Origin: Eledone cirrhosa
Taxonomy: Eukaryota
Direction: 5' to 3'
NCBI GenBank assembly: GCA_964016885.1
Contig: OZ024742.1
Location: 320,230,001-320,294,000, forward strand
DNA length: 64,000 nt
Under the pieces are notes generated by a model that saw only the letters and a program-made list of their open reading frames with translations, did not search any database and was not told where the DNA came from. The stretch's first letter is position 1; every line of letters starts with the position of its first letter. The translations under genes were made by a program, and so were the position numbers. Shown piece after piece: positions 38,101 through 52,550 of this stretch.

Positions 38101-41100
38101 TGGCGATGATTGTTGCTGGTGTAGTGGTGGTGGTGGTGGTGGTGGTGACAGTAGTTGTGTTGGTGGTATTGATGGCGATGGTGATGGTTGTGGCGATGAT
38201 TGTTGCTGTTGTAGTAGTGGTGGTGGTGGTGGTGGTGACAGTAGTTGTGTTGGTGGTATTGATGGCGATGGTGATGGTTGTGGTGATGATTGTTGCTGGT
38301 GTAGTGGTGGTGGTGGTGGTGGTGACAGTAGTTGTGTTGGTGGTATTGATGGCGATGGTGATGGTTGTGGCGATGATTGTTGCTGTTGTAGTAGTGGTGA
38401 TGGTGGTGGTGGTGACAGTAATTGTGTTGGGGGTATTGATGGCGATGGTGATGGTTGTGGCGATGATTGTTGCTGTTGTAGTAGTGGTGGTGGTGGTGGT
38501 GGTGACAGTAATTGTGTTGGGGGCATTGATGGCGATGGTGATGGTTGTGGTGATGATTGTTGCTGTTGTAGTGGTGGTGGTGGTGGTGACAGTAGTTGTG
38601 TTGCTGGTATTGATGGCGATGGTGATGGTTGTGGCGATGATTGTTGCTGTTGTTGTGGTGGTGGTGGTGGTGACAGTAGTTGTGTTGGTGGTATTGATGG
38701 CGATGGTGATGGTTGTGGCGATGATTGTTGCTGTTGTAGTGGTGGTGGTGGTGGTGGTGACAGTAGTTGTGTTGGTGGTATTGATGGCGATGGTGATGGT
38801 TGTGGCGATGATTGTTGCTGTTGTAGTGGTGGTGGTGGTGGTGGTGGTGGTGACAGTAGTTGTGTTGGTGGTATTGATGGCGATGGTGATGGTTGTGGCG
38901 ATGATTGTTGCTGTTGTAGTGGTGGTGGTGGTGGTGGTGACAGTAGTTGTGTTGGTGGTATTGATGGCGATGGTGATGGTTGTGGCGATGATTGTTGCTG
39001 TTGTTGTGGTGGTGGTGGTGGTGGTGACAGAAGTTGTGTTGGTGGTATTGATGGCGATGGTGATGGTTGTGGTGATGATTGTTGCTGGTGTAGTGGTGGT
39101 GGTGGTGGTGGTGACAGTAGTTGTGTTGGTGGTATTGATGGCGATGGTGATGGTTGTGGCGATGATTGTTGCTGTTGTAGTGGTGGTGGTGGTGGTGGTG
39201 ACAGTAGTTGTGTTGGTGGTATTGATGGCGATGGTGATGGTTGTGGCGATGATTGTTGCTGTTGTTGTGGTGGTGGTGGTGGTGGTGACAGAAGTTGTGT
39301 TGGTGGTATTGATGGCGATGGTGATGGTTGTGGTGATGATTGTTGCTGGTGTAGTGGTGGTGGTGGTGGTGGTGACAGTAGTTGTGTTGGTGGTATTGAT
39401 GGCGATGGTGATGGTTGTGGCGATGATTGTTGCTGTTGTTGTGGTGGTGGTGGTGGTGACAGTAGTTGTGTTGGTGGTATTGATGGCGATGGTGATGGTT
39501 GTGGCGATGATTGTTGCTGTTGTAGTGGTGGTGGTGGTGGTGACAGTAGTTGTGTTGGTGGTATTGATGGCGATGGCGAGGGTTGTGGCGATGATTGTTG
39601 CTGGTGTAGTGGTGGTGGTGGTGGTGGTGACAGTAGTTGTGTTGGTGGTATTGATGGCGATGGTGATGGTTGTGGCGATGATTGTTGCTGTTGTAGTGGT
39701 GGTGGTGGTGGTGACAGTAGTTGTGTTGGTGGTATTGATGGCGATGGTGATGGTTGTGGTGATGATTGTTGCTGTTGTAGTGGTGGTGGTGGTGGTGGTG
39801 ACAGTAGTTGTGTTGGTGGTATTGATGGCGATGGTGATGGTTGTGGCGATGATTGTTGCTGGTGTAGTGGTGGTGGTGGTGGTGACAGTAGTTGTGTTGG
39901 TGGTATTGATGGCGATGGTGATGGTTGTGGCGATGATTGTTGCTGTTGTAGTGGTGGTGGTGGTGGTGACAGTAGTTGTGTTGGTGGTATTGATGGCGAT
40001 GGTGATGGTTGTGGTGATGATTGTTGCTGTTGTAGTGGTGGTGGTGGTGGTGGTGACAGTAGTTGTGTTGGTGGTATTGATGGCGATGGTGATGGTTGTG
40101 GCGATGATTGTTGCTGTTGTAGTGGTGGTGGTGGTGGTGGTGGTGGTGGTGACAGTAGTTGTGTTGGTGGTATTGATGGCGATGGTGATGGTTGTGGCGA
40201 TGATTGTTGCTGTTGTAGTGGTGGTGGTGGTGGTGACAGTAGTTGTGTTGGTGGTATTGATGGCGATGGTGATGGTTGTGGCGATGATTGTTGCTGTTGT
40301 AGTGGTGGTGGTGGTGGTTGTGACAGTAGTTGTGTTGGTGGTATTGATGTCGATGGTGATGGTTGTGGCGATGATTGTTGTTGTTGTAGTGGTGGTGGTG
40401 GTGGTTGTGACAGTAGTTGTGTTGGTGGTATTGATGGCGATGGTGATGGTTGTGGCGATGATTGTTGCTGTTGTAGTGGTGGTGGTGGTGGTGGTGACAG
40501 TAGTTGTGTTGGTGGTATTGATGGCGATGGTGATGGTTGTGGCGATGATTGTTGTTGTTGTAGTGGTGGTGGTGGTGGTGGTGACAGTAGTTGTGTTGGT
40601 GGTATTGATGGCGATGGTGATGGTCGTGGCGATGATTGTTGCTGTTGTAGTGGTGGTGGTGGTGGTGACAGTAGTTGTGTTGGTGGTATTGATGGCGATG
40701 GTGATGCTTGTGGTGATGATTGTTTCTGTTGTAGTGGTGGTGGTGGTGGTGACAGTAGTTGTGTTGGTGGTATTGATGGCGATGGTGATACTTGTGGTGA
40801 TGATTGTTGTTGTTGTAGTGGTGGTGGTGGTGGTGGTGACAGTAGTTGTGTTGGTGGTATTGATGGCAATGGTGATGGTTGTGGCGATGATTGTTGCTGG
40901 TGTAGTGGTGGTGGTGGTGGTGGTGGTGGTGGTGGTGGTGGTGGTGGTGGTGGTGACAGTAGTTGTGTTGGTGGTATTGATGGCAATGGTGATGGTTGTG
41001 GCGATGATTGTTGCTGGTGTAGTGGTGCTGGTGGTGACAGTAGTTGTGTTGGTGGTATTGATGGCGATGGTGATGCTTGTGGTGATGATTGTTGCTGTTG

Positions 41101-43500
41101 TAGTGGTGGTGGTGGTGGTGGTGGTGGTGGTGGTGGTGGTGGTGGTGGTGACAGTAGTTGTGTTGGTGGTATTGATGGCAATGGTGATGGTTGTGGCGAT
41201 GATTGTTGCTGGTGTAGTGGTGCTGGTGGTGACAGTAGTTGTGTTGGTGGTATTGATGGCGATGGTGATGCTTGTGGTGATGATTGTTGCTGTTGTAGTG
41301 GTGGTGGTGGTGGTGGTGGTGGTGGTGGTGGTGGTGGTGACAGTAGTTGTGTTGGTGGTATTGATGGCAATGGTGATGGTTGTGGCGATAATTGTTGCTG
41401 GTGTAGTGGTGGTGGTGGTGGTGGTGACAGTAGTTGTGTTGGTGGTATTGATGGTGATGTTTGTATCGATGATTGTTGCTGTTGTATTAGTGGTGGTGGT
41501 GGTGGTGGTGACAGTAGTTGTGTTGGTGGTATTTATGGCGATGGTGATGGTTGTGGTGATGATTGTTGCTGGTGTAGTGGTGGTGGTGGTGGTGACAGTA
41601 GTTGTGTTGGTGGTATTGATGGCGATGGTGATGGTTGTGGTGATGATTGTTGCTGTTGTAGTGGTGGTGGTGGTGGTGGTGGTGACAGTAATTGTGTTGG
41701 GGGTATTGATGGCGATGGTGATGGTTGTGGCGATGATTGTTGCTGTTGTAGTAGTGGTGGTGGTGGTGGTGGTGACAGTAGTTGTGTTGGTGGTATTGAT
41801 GGCGATGGTGATGGTTGTGGCGATGGTGATTGTTGCTGTTGTAGTAGTGGTGGTGGTGGTGGTGGTGACAGTAATTGTGTTGGGGGTATTGATGGCGATG
41901 GTGATGGTTGTGGCGATGATTGTTGCTGTTGTAGTAGTGGTGGTGGTGGTGGTGGTGACAGTAGTTGTGTTGGTGGTATTGATGGCGATGGTGATGGTTG
42001 TGGCGATGGTGATTGTTGCTGTTGTAGTAGTGGTGGTGGTGGTGGTGGTGACAGTAATTGTGTTGGGGGTATTGATGGCGATGGTGATGGTTGTGGCGAT
42101 GATTGTTGCTGTTGTAGTGGTGGTGGTGGTGGTGGTGGTGACAGTAGTTGTGTTGGTGGTATTGATGGCGATGGTGATGGTTGTGGCGATGGTGATTGTT
42201 GCTGTTGTAGTAGTGGTGGTGGTGGTGGTGGTGACAGTAATTGTGTTGGGGGTATTGATGGCGATGGTGATGGTTGTGGCGATGATTGTTGCTGTTGTAG
42301 TAGTGGTGGTGGTGGTGGTGGTGACAGTAGTTGTGTTGGTGGTATTGATGGCGATGGTGATGGTTGTGGCGATGGTGATTGTTGCTGTTGTAGTAGTGGT
42401 GGTGGTGGTGGTGGTGACAGTAATTGTGTTGGGGGTATTGATGGCGATGGTGATGGTTGTGGCGATGATTGTTGCTGTTGTAGTGGTGGTGGTGGTGGTG
42501 GTGGTGACAGTAGTTGTGTTGGTGGTATTGATGGCGATGGTGATGGTTGTGGCGATGATTGTTGCTGTTGTAGTGGTGGTGGTGGTGGTGGTGACAGTAG
42601 TTGTGTTGGAGGTATTGATGGCGATGGTGATGGTTGTGGCGATGATTGTTGCTCTCGTAGTGGTGGTGGTGGTGAAAGTAGTTGTGTTGGTGGTATTGAT
42701 GGCGATGGTGATGGTTGTGGCGATGATTGTTGCTGTTGTTGTGGTGGTGGTGGTGGTGACAGTAGTTGTGTTGGTGGTATTGATGGCGATGGTGATGGTT
42801 GTGGCGATGATTGTTGCTGTTGTAGTGGTGGTGGTGGTGGTGGTGACAGTAGTTGTGTTGGAGGTATTGATGGCGATGGTGATGGTTGTGGCGATGATTG
42901 TTGCTGTTGTAGTGGTGGTGGTGGTGGTGGTGACAGTAGTTGTGTTGGAGGTATTGATGGCGATGGTGATGGTTGTGGCGATGATTGTTGCTCTCGTAGT
43001 GGTGGTGGTGGTGAAAGTAGTTGTGTTGGTGGTATTGATGGCGATGGTGATGGTTGTGGCGATGATTGTTGCTGTTGTTGTGGTGGTGGTGGTGGTGACA
43101 GTAGTTGTGTGTTGGTGGTATTGATGGCGATGGTGATGGTTGTGGCGATGATTGTTGCTGTTGTAGTGGTGGTGGTGGTGGTGGTGACAGTAGTTGTGTT
43201 GGTGGTATTGATGTCGATGGTGATGGTTGTGGCGATGATTGTTGCTGTTGTTGTGGTGGTGGTGGTGGTGACAGTAGTTGTGTTGGTGGTATTGATGGCG
43301 ATGGTGATGGTTGTGGCGATGATTGTTGCTGTTGTTGTGGTGGTGGTGGTGGTTGACAGTAGTTGTGTTGGTGGTATTGATGGCGATGGTGATGCTTGTG
43401 GTGATGATTGTTGCTGTTGTAGTGGTGGTGGTGGTGGTGGTCGACAGTAGTTGTGTTGGTGGTATTGATGGCGATGATTGTTGCTGTTGTAATGGTGATT
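26130..43500. repeat. Compound satellite, ~84-90-bp unit with variable (GTG)n tract, ~200 copies
   Basis: Unit acagtagttgtgttggtggtattgatggcgatggtgatggttgtggcgatgattgttgctgttgta(gtg)n. It accounts for the 5950-, 5094-, 3159-, 2510- and 883-aa ORFs. Confidence 0.97.
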
Positions 43501-43883
43501 GTTGAGGTTGTGATGGTTTTAGTGATAGTGGGGGCTGATTTAAAATACATGTGTAAGGTATGAAGTTTAGGGGGTGGAGACGACAAACAGAGACAGGGAT
43601 AGAGGGAGAGGATGAGAGAGAGAGATAGAAAGATAAAGAAAGGATAGGAGGTGATGGCATTGAAGTGAAGTATATAGTAACGTTTAGTAGTGTCAATTGG
43701 AATGAATGAGTCAGAGTGACAAAGAGAGTAATAAGAGAAATGATTGAGAGAGAGAAAGAAAGACATGTTAGTGAAAGAGGAGAAAAAGATGGAGAAGAGA
43801 ACGGAGCGAGTGAGTAAAAGAAAAAGATCGGGGGAAACAGAGAAAAATACAGAGCGAGCGAGAAACAGAAAGTGGAGGACATA

Positions 43884-43905
43884 CAGAGAGAGAGAGAGAG
43901 AGAGA

Positions 43906-44001
<96 letters not shown>

Positions 44002-44010
44002 AGAGAGAGA
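43884..44010. repeat. (GA)n microsatellite
   Basis: Directly visible. Confidence 0.95.
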
Positions 44011-44478
44011 AAGATGGGAATAAACAACAACAAAAACAAGGTTATATGACAGGAATGACAGATAGACAGACGGGCAGAGCGACCGACAGATTGAGTGACA
44101 CACAGACAGACGGACACAGACAATATCAGTGACATCACCTTCTACATTTCATCACTGCTGACTAATCGTATAAGAAATGTTCTCCTTGTCTCACACAAGA
44201 AGAAATAAATTACACACAACAAAACTGCATCTGTTTTTCTAGCGTTTAAACTTATCAAGTTAGACTAGACGGAGTGTTTTCAGGATGCTGGGATGCATGG
44301 TCGTATGATGGATAGATTCTCCGCCGTTTACAATAATGAGCATTACAGTTCTTCGATCAATTGAAAGTCTAACTTGTGAAATTAACGTGTAAGTGGCTGA
44401 GTATTCCACAGATACGTGTATCCTTAACGTAATTCTCAAGCCGAATCATAATGTCACAATATGTGACAAGCTTTAAAG

Positions 44479-44601
44479 CAGCGGTCGCCAACCGGTGGTC
44501 CGAGAGAAAATTTTAATGAGAGAATATTCATATTAGTGGTCGGCAGGATTTAAAATTATGAATATAGTGGTCTGCGAAGTCCGAAAGGTTGGCGACCGCT
44601 G
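44479..44601. mobile_element. hAT-superfamily MITE (Charlie/Buster-like)
   Basis: Perfect 15-bp TIR cagcggtcgccaacc / ggttggcgaccgctg and perfect 8-bp TSD ctttaaag. Confidence 0.92.
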
Positions 44602-44639
44602 CTTTAAAGTTCAGTAGTCGTGGGGTCGTATATACACAT

Positions 44640-45320
44640 GTGAGCGCAGCATGGACGAATGGTAACACCTCAAGTTTGACGACACTGCCGGCATCTTGAG
44701 CAAACGTCTTTCCTTTACCATCGCCTCGTCTTGTGTGTGAAATTGGCTAGACGGAAACTATACGGAAGCTCCTCGAATGGACTGTACCCTTACTTCAATG
44801 CCCCAGCCATGTGACACAGGACCTTCAAATGAAATTTTGCAAGGCAGTACAAGACCCCTTTGGGGCCCGAAGCAGGCAAACATTTTTCTCAAAATGGATG
44901 TTGCATGGTTGCTGTAGGGTCTTCTTAGCTCTTGGTTCCCGGAACAAAGTACCGACTGAACCCTCCCTCTCATAGGCCCTGATGTTACATATTGTGTTAT
45001 GCTTATTCAGCTTAAGAATTATGTTAACCGTACACGTGTCTGTGGAATAATCAACCACTTACCATATTAATTTACGATTTAGGACGTTCAGTTGATCGAA
45101 CAACTGAATGCTCATTGTCGAAACTGACGGAGATTCCATCATCACATGTGTGGGCGGAGATTGACGGGGATGGTTAAGAAGTTCGCTTCACAATCACGAG
45201 GTCCCATGTTCGATTATACTGTGCAATATCTTGGGTAAGTGACTTTTACTAAAGACTCGGGTCGGCTCAAGTTTTGTGAGTGAAATTGGGTAGACAGGAA
45301 CTGTGCGGAATCCTTTAAAA
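44640..45320 (+). mobile_element. Old SINE-like repeats of a second family; related pieces at ~44310-44470 (-), ~45530-45640 and ~55510-55785
   Basis: Shared blocks gtgaaattgg.tagacggaaact..cggaagc, cgaatggactgtac and gtacacgtgtctgtggaata...ttaattt. tRNA-like heads tggttaagaagttcgcttcacaatcacgaggtccc..gttcgat at 45170 and 55520. Confidence 0.55.
44817..44981. mobile_element. hAT-like MITE nested in an old SINE
   Basis: Ends caggacct / aggccctg; 8-bp TSD atgtgaca/atgttaca (1 mismatch). Confidence 0.6.
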
Positions 45321-45325
45321 TATAT

Positions 45326-45500
45326 TTGTTTCTACTTTAGGCACAAGGCCAGCAATACCCAGTTCATTACTGGTACTTTATTTTATCGACCCCGTAAGGA
45401 TGAAAGGCAAAGTCAACCTCGGCGGGATTTGAACTCAGATCGTAAAGGAACGTAACTATGCTGGAAAAGCATGGCGTCCGACCCTCTACCGATACTGCCA
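45326..45500 (-). mobile_element. SINE, same family as 23071 (further partial or decayed copies at ~46065-46160, ~56376-56560, ~57350-57470)
   Basis: Near-identical to 25900-26077. Confidence 0.85.
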
Positions 45501-46677
45501 AAAGGTCCAGCCATGTTACGCTGATTCCGCCCGAAATTTACGTTAAGAGTACACTTCTGTGGAATACACACCCATATACACACTAATTCAATAAGCAGGT
45601 TGTTCAATCAATTGTTCAATTGAACAGTCATCGCCGAAACCAACAGAAATCCATTTATTTACATTTTCACTCCGTATGGAGAATGTTTACTGCCATTGGA
45701 ATGATAGGAAAAGAGAAAAAAGGTTTCAATTCGGAGGATGAAGGAGGCACAGAAAGGGCCCCTTATTGGATTTGGAGCAGGAGAGAGAGAGAGGAAATAA
45801 GCTGGAAGCCAGGAGGCCTCCACTGCTGACCCACCAGCGAAAGAGTGTTGCGGCTAAGGGTCGAAAGACCAAATGAGCACCGTGAGATGACATCAGCGCC
45901 TCCTGGCCTAGCTATGTTCATCGAAGGTGTAAGAATGCGAGGCATTTTATTGAATATGTAATTATGCCTGTGTGATAATACCACCATTCCCCAGTGACCG
46001 CCTGGGTTTAAAGAACTGTCAATTTAAACTACTGATAACGGTAGCAAATTTAGATCTAACATTAGGGCTTTGCTTTAGCTTTCACACAACGGGGGTCGAT
46101 AAAATAAAGTACCAGTACTGGGTAATTGCTGGCCTTGTGCCAAAAGTAGAAACAGTTATTTAGTAATGGCTACTAAATAAATAAATCATAGTCCATTAGG
46201 TGTGTATACACTTAAACTAGATGGTGGTGATGGTAGGATCTTCTATTAATTGCTCGCATATTTAATTGCTTCCACAAGCCAGTAACCACGACTATTTGCA
46301 GTTTCCATTTCTATTTCCATCTACATATATACTATAAGAATATATAATATACCAATACAAAACCTACTGCCTTCAAGATAAAAACATATTTCCATAAAGT
46401 CATAATAACTGATTATACACACTAAGACACATCCCCCCCGCCCCCCCCCCCCCCCCAAAAAAAAAATTAGTTTATATTCATAACATTTTTCATCTGTCAA
46501 ATATACGCATTTCGCTGGTGAATTGTTATTTCTTTTTCATAACAATTCGACACGTATTCGAAATGAATATATTATGAATTTAACCTAATTTTGTATATTA
46601 CAACAGGTCCCGCTGACTGAGTGCTTTGCCAACTTTAGATATAAAATTTTCTTACAAAATTCACCACACTAAATATA

Positions 46678-48560
46678 TGATCATCATGTTCCCGCAACTG
46701 GTGCAGCCAGTCGTTGGCGTGTCACACAAGACGCTGTTGCAGTCAGTCGTCACCATTGGTCTCTATTTTCCGTCATGCATAGAAGGGTATCAATGTTGTG
46801 ACCAGTCTAATCCAGTCTTTGATGTTGTCGGGCCAGGATTTTCTTTGTCTGCTTCTTCTTCGCCCTCACTCGACTGTGCCCTGAAGGATGGTTTTGAACA
46901 AGGAGTTGTAGCGGGATATATGACCATACCAGGAAACCTTCCCCTTTTTTTCGCTATCGCAAGGTTTGATTCCTGTCTACTAGCATATTTGTTAACTTGG
47001 TGCCTGACAAAGCTGTTTGTTTTGTGCTCCGTGTATGGGATGTGTAACAACCTTCTAAAGAACTTGTGCTCAAAAGACAGGATTCTTCGTTTCATGTCAG
47101 CTGTGAGAGTCCAACTCTCATACCAATACAAAAGGATCGAAGACACCAAGGACTTGTATAGTTTGAGCTTCGTTGGAAAACTGATGGAGTTGCTTTCCCA
47201 TATGACACACAGCTTTACCATGGCAGAAGTGGCAAGGGCGAGTCTTGCCAGTATCTCTTTTTGAGATCTGATATCTTTGGTCAGAGTGGATCCTAGGTAC
47301 TTGAAGGTGTCCACTTCAAATCTTCCTCTATTCAGCATGATGCTGGTTGCTGTATTCTGATTATAACTATTACCAGAATATTGCTCTTTTCTGAGTTGAT
47401 CTTCATTCCGTATGCTCCTGATACTTTCCAGTCAGGTAGTGAGCTCCTCGAGTTCTGCTTCACTGCTTCCTAACAGGTCAATATCATCAGAAAAGCGCAG
47501 GCTGGAAATGGGCCATCCTTCAATGGAAACATGATGTTTTCCAGGAAAATGTTTAAAAGCACTGGGGAAAGAAGGAGACACCCTTGCTGAACTCCCAGTT
47601 TTGTCCCAAAGATTCTCCAATGTTGTTATCCAGGACCGCACTGTTTGGGTTGTCATATAGTGCTTTGATTACTTGAATGAAGTTGATGTCAAAGCTGTAA
47701 TCCTTCATCACCTTCCACAAACCCTCATGTCAAACATGGTCAAAAGCTTTTTTTAAAGGCGATGAAATTATGAGAGAGGTCAGATTGGTGCTGTAGGTGT
47801 TTCTCAGTGAGCAGTCTGATGTCAAACATCTGCCCTGTTGTACTTCTTTTGGGTCGGAATCCTGTCTGTTCTGCCAGGATTTCTTCTGCCTTCCTCCTGT
47901 CTATTTAGAAGAACTCTTTGCAGTACTTTGCTGGGGTGGCTAATTAGGCTGATTGTTTTGTAATTCTGGCAGAGTCTTAAGATTCCATTTTGGGTAATAG
48001 GTATCATCAGTGATTGGGTCCACTCCTGTGGCCACTTCTTTGTTTCCCATATCTTCTGACAGGTAGCTGTCAGTGCCTTGATAAGTTTTAGCCCTCCATA
48101 TTTTAGGAGTTCTGATGGAAAGTTATCATCTCCAGGGGATTTACCAGTTTTTAGCATGTGTACCACCTCTTCGACTTCCTCCTGGAGATTTAGAGTATTC
48201 TTAATTTCATTACTCTTATTGGTGGAATTGTCCCGGATCTTGACGTCATGTCTGAATTTGTGATTATAAAGGTCTTCGCAATACTCAGACTATCTTTTGA
48301 TAATATAGCCCTCGTCTGTGCGGAGCAAGCCAGTTTGGCCCTCAATGACAGTGGTGATGTCTTCCTTTCTTTTTGTTAGCATTCTGAGGGTTTCATAAAC
48401 AGCCTTGTTGCTGGTCTTTCTTTTTCCAGCTTCGATGTTTTTACACTAATCTCATATCCACTTCTCTTTGGCTTCCCTTATTTTCTTCCTGACCTCCCTA
48501 TTAACAGCGTTGAATTGATCTCTTGCCTCCTGATCTATTAGCTTGATCTTCCCCAAGACT
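46678..48560 (-). mobile_element. 5'-truncated decayed RTE-clade LINE (RT domain)
   Basis: LKTGKSPGDDNFPSELLK, WETKKWPQEWTQSLMIPI, CQNYKTISLISHPSKVL, SLRFSDDIDLL, FKYLGSTL, TKLKLYKSLVSSILLY; many frameshifts; (GAT)-type tail at ~46680. Confidence 0.92.
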
Positions 48561-48580
48561 CCCCCCCCCTCTCTCTCCCT

Positions 48581-48659
<79 letters not shown>

Positions 48660-48663
<4 letters not shown>

Positions 48664-48949
48664 AACACAATATAATTATTCCATTACCCAAGGTTTCACG
48701 AAGTTAGACGATTTTAACAGAAACGCCTGATATCGTTCGTCAAAAGGAATCTTTATTTGGATATAAGATATGAAATAAATATCCAAATAAAGATTCCTTC
48801 TGATGAACGATATCAGACGTTTCTGTTAGAATCGTCTAACTTCGTGAAACCTTGGGTAATGGAATTATATTGTGTGTTTATTACATAATTAAATAGCTCT
48901 GTATTATCATAGAGCACTCTTCTTTCCTTTACCTTTTCCACGGAAATAC

Positions 48950-48952
<3 letters not shown>
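48660..48952. mobile_element. Fold-back element with hammerheads at 48794-48864 (+, intact) and 48679-48749 (-, degenerate)
   Basis: Arms ~48660-48763 and ~48779-48882, tail to ~48952. HHR: ttcctt-CTGATGA-acga...tcgt-GAAA-ccttggg-TA-atggaa. (TA)n on both sides. Confidence 0.88.
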
Positions 48953-48985
<33 letters not shown>

Positions 48986-49087
48986 ATGACACAAAAGCAG
49001 ATAATATATATATATTAATGTTGAGTACTCTGATGGCATATGAAAAAAAAATCTAGTCACTCTTTGTATCATTGTACATGTGCGCCA

Positions 49088-49177
<90 letters not shown>

Positions 49178-50563
49178 CTCAGAAAGAGATCTGTACAGAT
49201 TAAAATAAAATTTCATAGCGAGTTTCAATTTACATGTAATTTAATAAAGTGAAATGTATGTTTGTCTGTGTGTGTATATACATGTACATGTATATGTGTC
49301 TATATATGGGCATGTTATATATATATATATATTTGTGTGTGTGAGTGTTGGCGCTTTATTGTCTTTGAGTTGGATTGAGCTTACATCATAATATGAGTGG
49401 GTGTTTATGAATATTAGTGAGCGTGTATACATATATGTATTGAAGTCTGTGTACGTTTATGTTTGTTTTCTACGAGTATGTGTTTGTCTCTGTGCGCATG
49501 TGTACGTGACATGTGTATACACATACTAAAATATATTTTCTAAAAATGTATCGGAGAATGACGGCGACGTTTTGAAAATGTTTGCGTAAACTTTTGTGAC
49601 AGTGTGTGAGGATATGCATGTGTGTCTGTATTAGTGTCAGTCTGTATGTGTGTCAGTGTGTGTGTGTGTCAGTGTGTGTGTGTGTGTGTATGTGTGTATG
49701 TGTGTATGTATGTATGTGGTGTGTCTGTGTATGTGTATGTGTGTATATGTGTGTGTGTGTGTGTGTCTGTGTATGTGGGTGTAGTTGTATATGTATAAGT
49801 GGTGTTCTATATTTTCTCAGGAGAAAAAGCTCTATAGAGAATGTGACATAATTTTGAAGTGCTAATGTCTATCTTTCTGCATACACGTGTATGTGTGTGT
49901 ATCTACATCTGTGTGTGTGTGTCTGTGTCGCGTTTAACACTGTATTTCTGCGGGTCTCTCATGCCTTTGTGTGTTTGTATGTCTGAATATGTGTGTGCGT
50001 ATTGGTGTAAAATTGTATGTGAAACAAGGTTATTTATCGTTGATGTTGTTTAGCCCTTGGTCACATCTTATGATCAAAGCCACTAAAAGCTATGACGACC
50101 CTGGGTTATGGTTTTTCATCCAATACGTTCCTCCTTCTTGAAGAAGGTTTAATTTGAATGAAATTTAGCAGTTATTTCTAACAGGTCGAGAGAAAAATCG
50201 GTGAAGCACAGGAAAAAAATGTCACACTTTCCGCTAGAGGAAAAAATGAGTAAAAGGTTTATTAAATAAATTACATTTTTTATGGTAGTATCTAATTTTA
50301 TTTCCGGTGACCTTTTTCCAGGATTCGAGGGATCACAAAGCAAGAGGTTTCGTAGGATGAATTTTTGACTGGTAAAAAAAAGAAAAGAAAAGAAAGAAAA
50401 GCTCTATAACAGATAACTTAACATAATTTCACGTAGTTTGTAAACATTGAAAGCACATGTAGCAATTATTGGGGTAGCAATGACAAACAGTTCAAAATAA
50501 GTAACACACAAAAAAGAAAATATCTCGTCGCATTCATTGGATTCATTTTGATTGCTCCCGCCC

Positions 50564-50629
<66 letters not shown>

Positions 50630-50737
50630 ATGAGAAGAAAGAATAATACTGCGTGGTTTACACATGGGTTACATATGATAAAAATAGTCCTTCGTCAGTG
50701 ATTTTCCAACCATCATTGGTATTTCATCGCTTTAAAA

Positions 50738-50952
50738 ATCAACTAGAAATTGATTGACATATAAATAAACATATGAAACAATCACAGGGGATAATTTGTA
50801 AAAGTGTGTAAGCACACATAGCTAGGTAGGTAACTAAATAAAGTTTAACTTTATTTAGTTACCTACCTAGCTATGTGTGCTTACACATTTTTACAAATTA
50901 TCCCCTGTGATTGTTTCATGTTTATTTATATGTCAATCAATTTCTAGTTGAT
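50738..50952. repeat. Near-perfect ~215-bp palindrome next to a (TA)n tract
   Basis: atcaactagaaattgattgac...aactaaataaagt tta actttatttagtt...gtcaatcaatttctagttgat. Confidence 0.9.
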
Positions 50953-51082
50953 ATAAAATGGTCGGATCTATTCATTAGAATCTTGGAGCATATTTTACGG
51001 GTGATATGGTGCATGTCTATCCGGCATGACACCCTTAATTTAATTTAATTTAATTTAATTTAATTTAATTTATCTTAATTTT

Positions 51083-51755
<673 letters not shown>

Positions 51756-52225
51756 GTGTGTTTATATATATATGTATATATATATATGTATGAAAATGTC
51801 AGGACTCCGACGGCTGAGCTCCGGCCGTTTCGACAGCTGGATCCGAACTAAGAATCTATATAAATATGTATATATCTGTAATAAAACACGTGTGTCTTGT
51901 GTCAAATACGTTCTGTTAGATTTGTATGGGAAATGGTAAATTCATATCTTTCTCTTTGACTCTCCCTCACAGAGTTGACAAGATTGTCTGTGGCAAAGTA
52001 ACAGCTACATTTAGCTATCTACCTATGTATCTAACTATATTCGGACAATAAAAAACAATATCTATCTACCCAACTACCCCCCTCCCTCTCTCAAACTATC
52101 TATCAACCTACCTACCTGCCCACTTCTCTCTGTCTGCTTCATTATCAATCTATAGTTATCGATGTATATTAACAAACGTATCAATTTTTAACAACAACAA
52201 TAACAATAAACCAGATCATATATAT

Positions 52226-52487
52226 CAGGGGCGGTGGAAGCATCTCTGAATTGGGGGGGGGGGGGGGTGAGTGTGTGTGCAAGTTTGACCAATTTAGTTG
52301 TAGTAATTAGTTTAGCTCTTTCCACTTTAAAATGGTCAGAAAACTTCGATATGCGCTAAACATAACATAAATTATAGCGCATAAATTATAGCGCATATCC
52401 AAATAGATGTGCATTTTGGTAGTTTGGGGAGAAAATATGATTGGAGGGGGGGCGGGGGGCACACCCATCCCCCCAGTCTCACCGCCA

Positions 52488-52490
<3 letters not shown>
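52226..52490. mobile_element. Probable hAT-like MITE
   Basis: Imperfect TIR caggggcggtg / caccgccagtg with G- and C-rich subterminal runs; TSD unclear. Confidence 0.5.

Positions 52491-52550
<60 letters not shown>

Noticed and set aside
26030-44138. Giant ORFs (5950, 5094, 3159, 2510, 883 aa) as genes
   Set aside because: They overlap in several frames on both strands, arise from a trinucleotide-built satellite, and start in simple repeats. Not annotated as CDS; kept only as a low-priority check.
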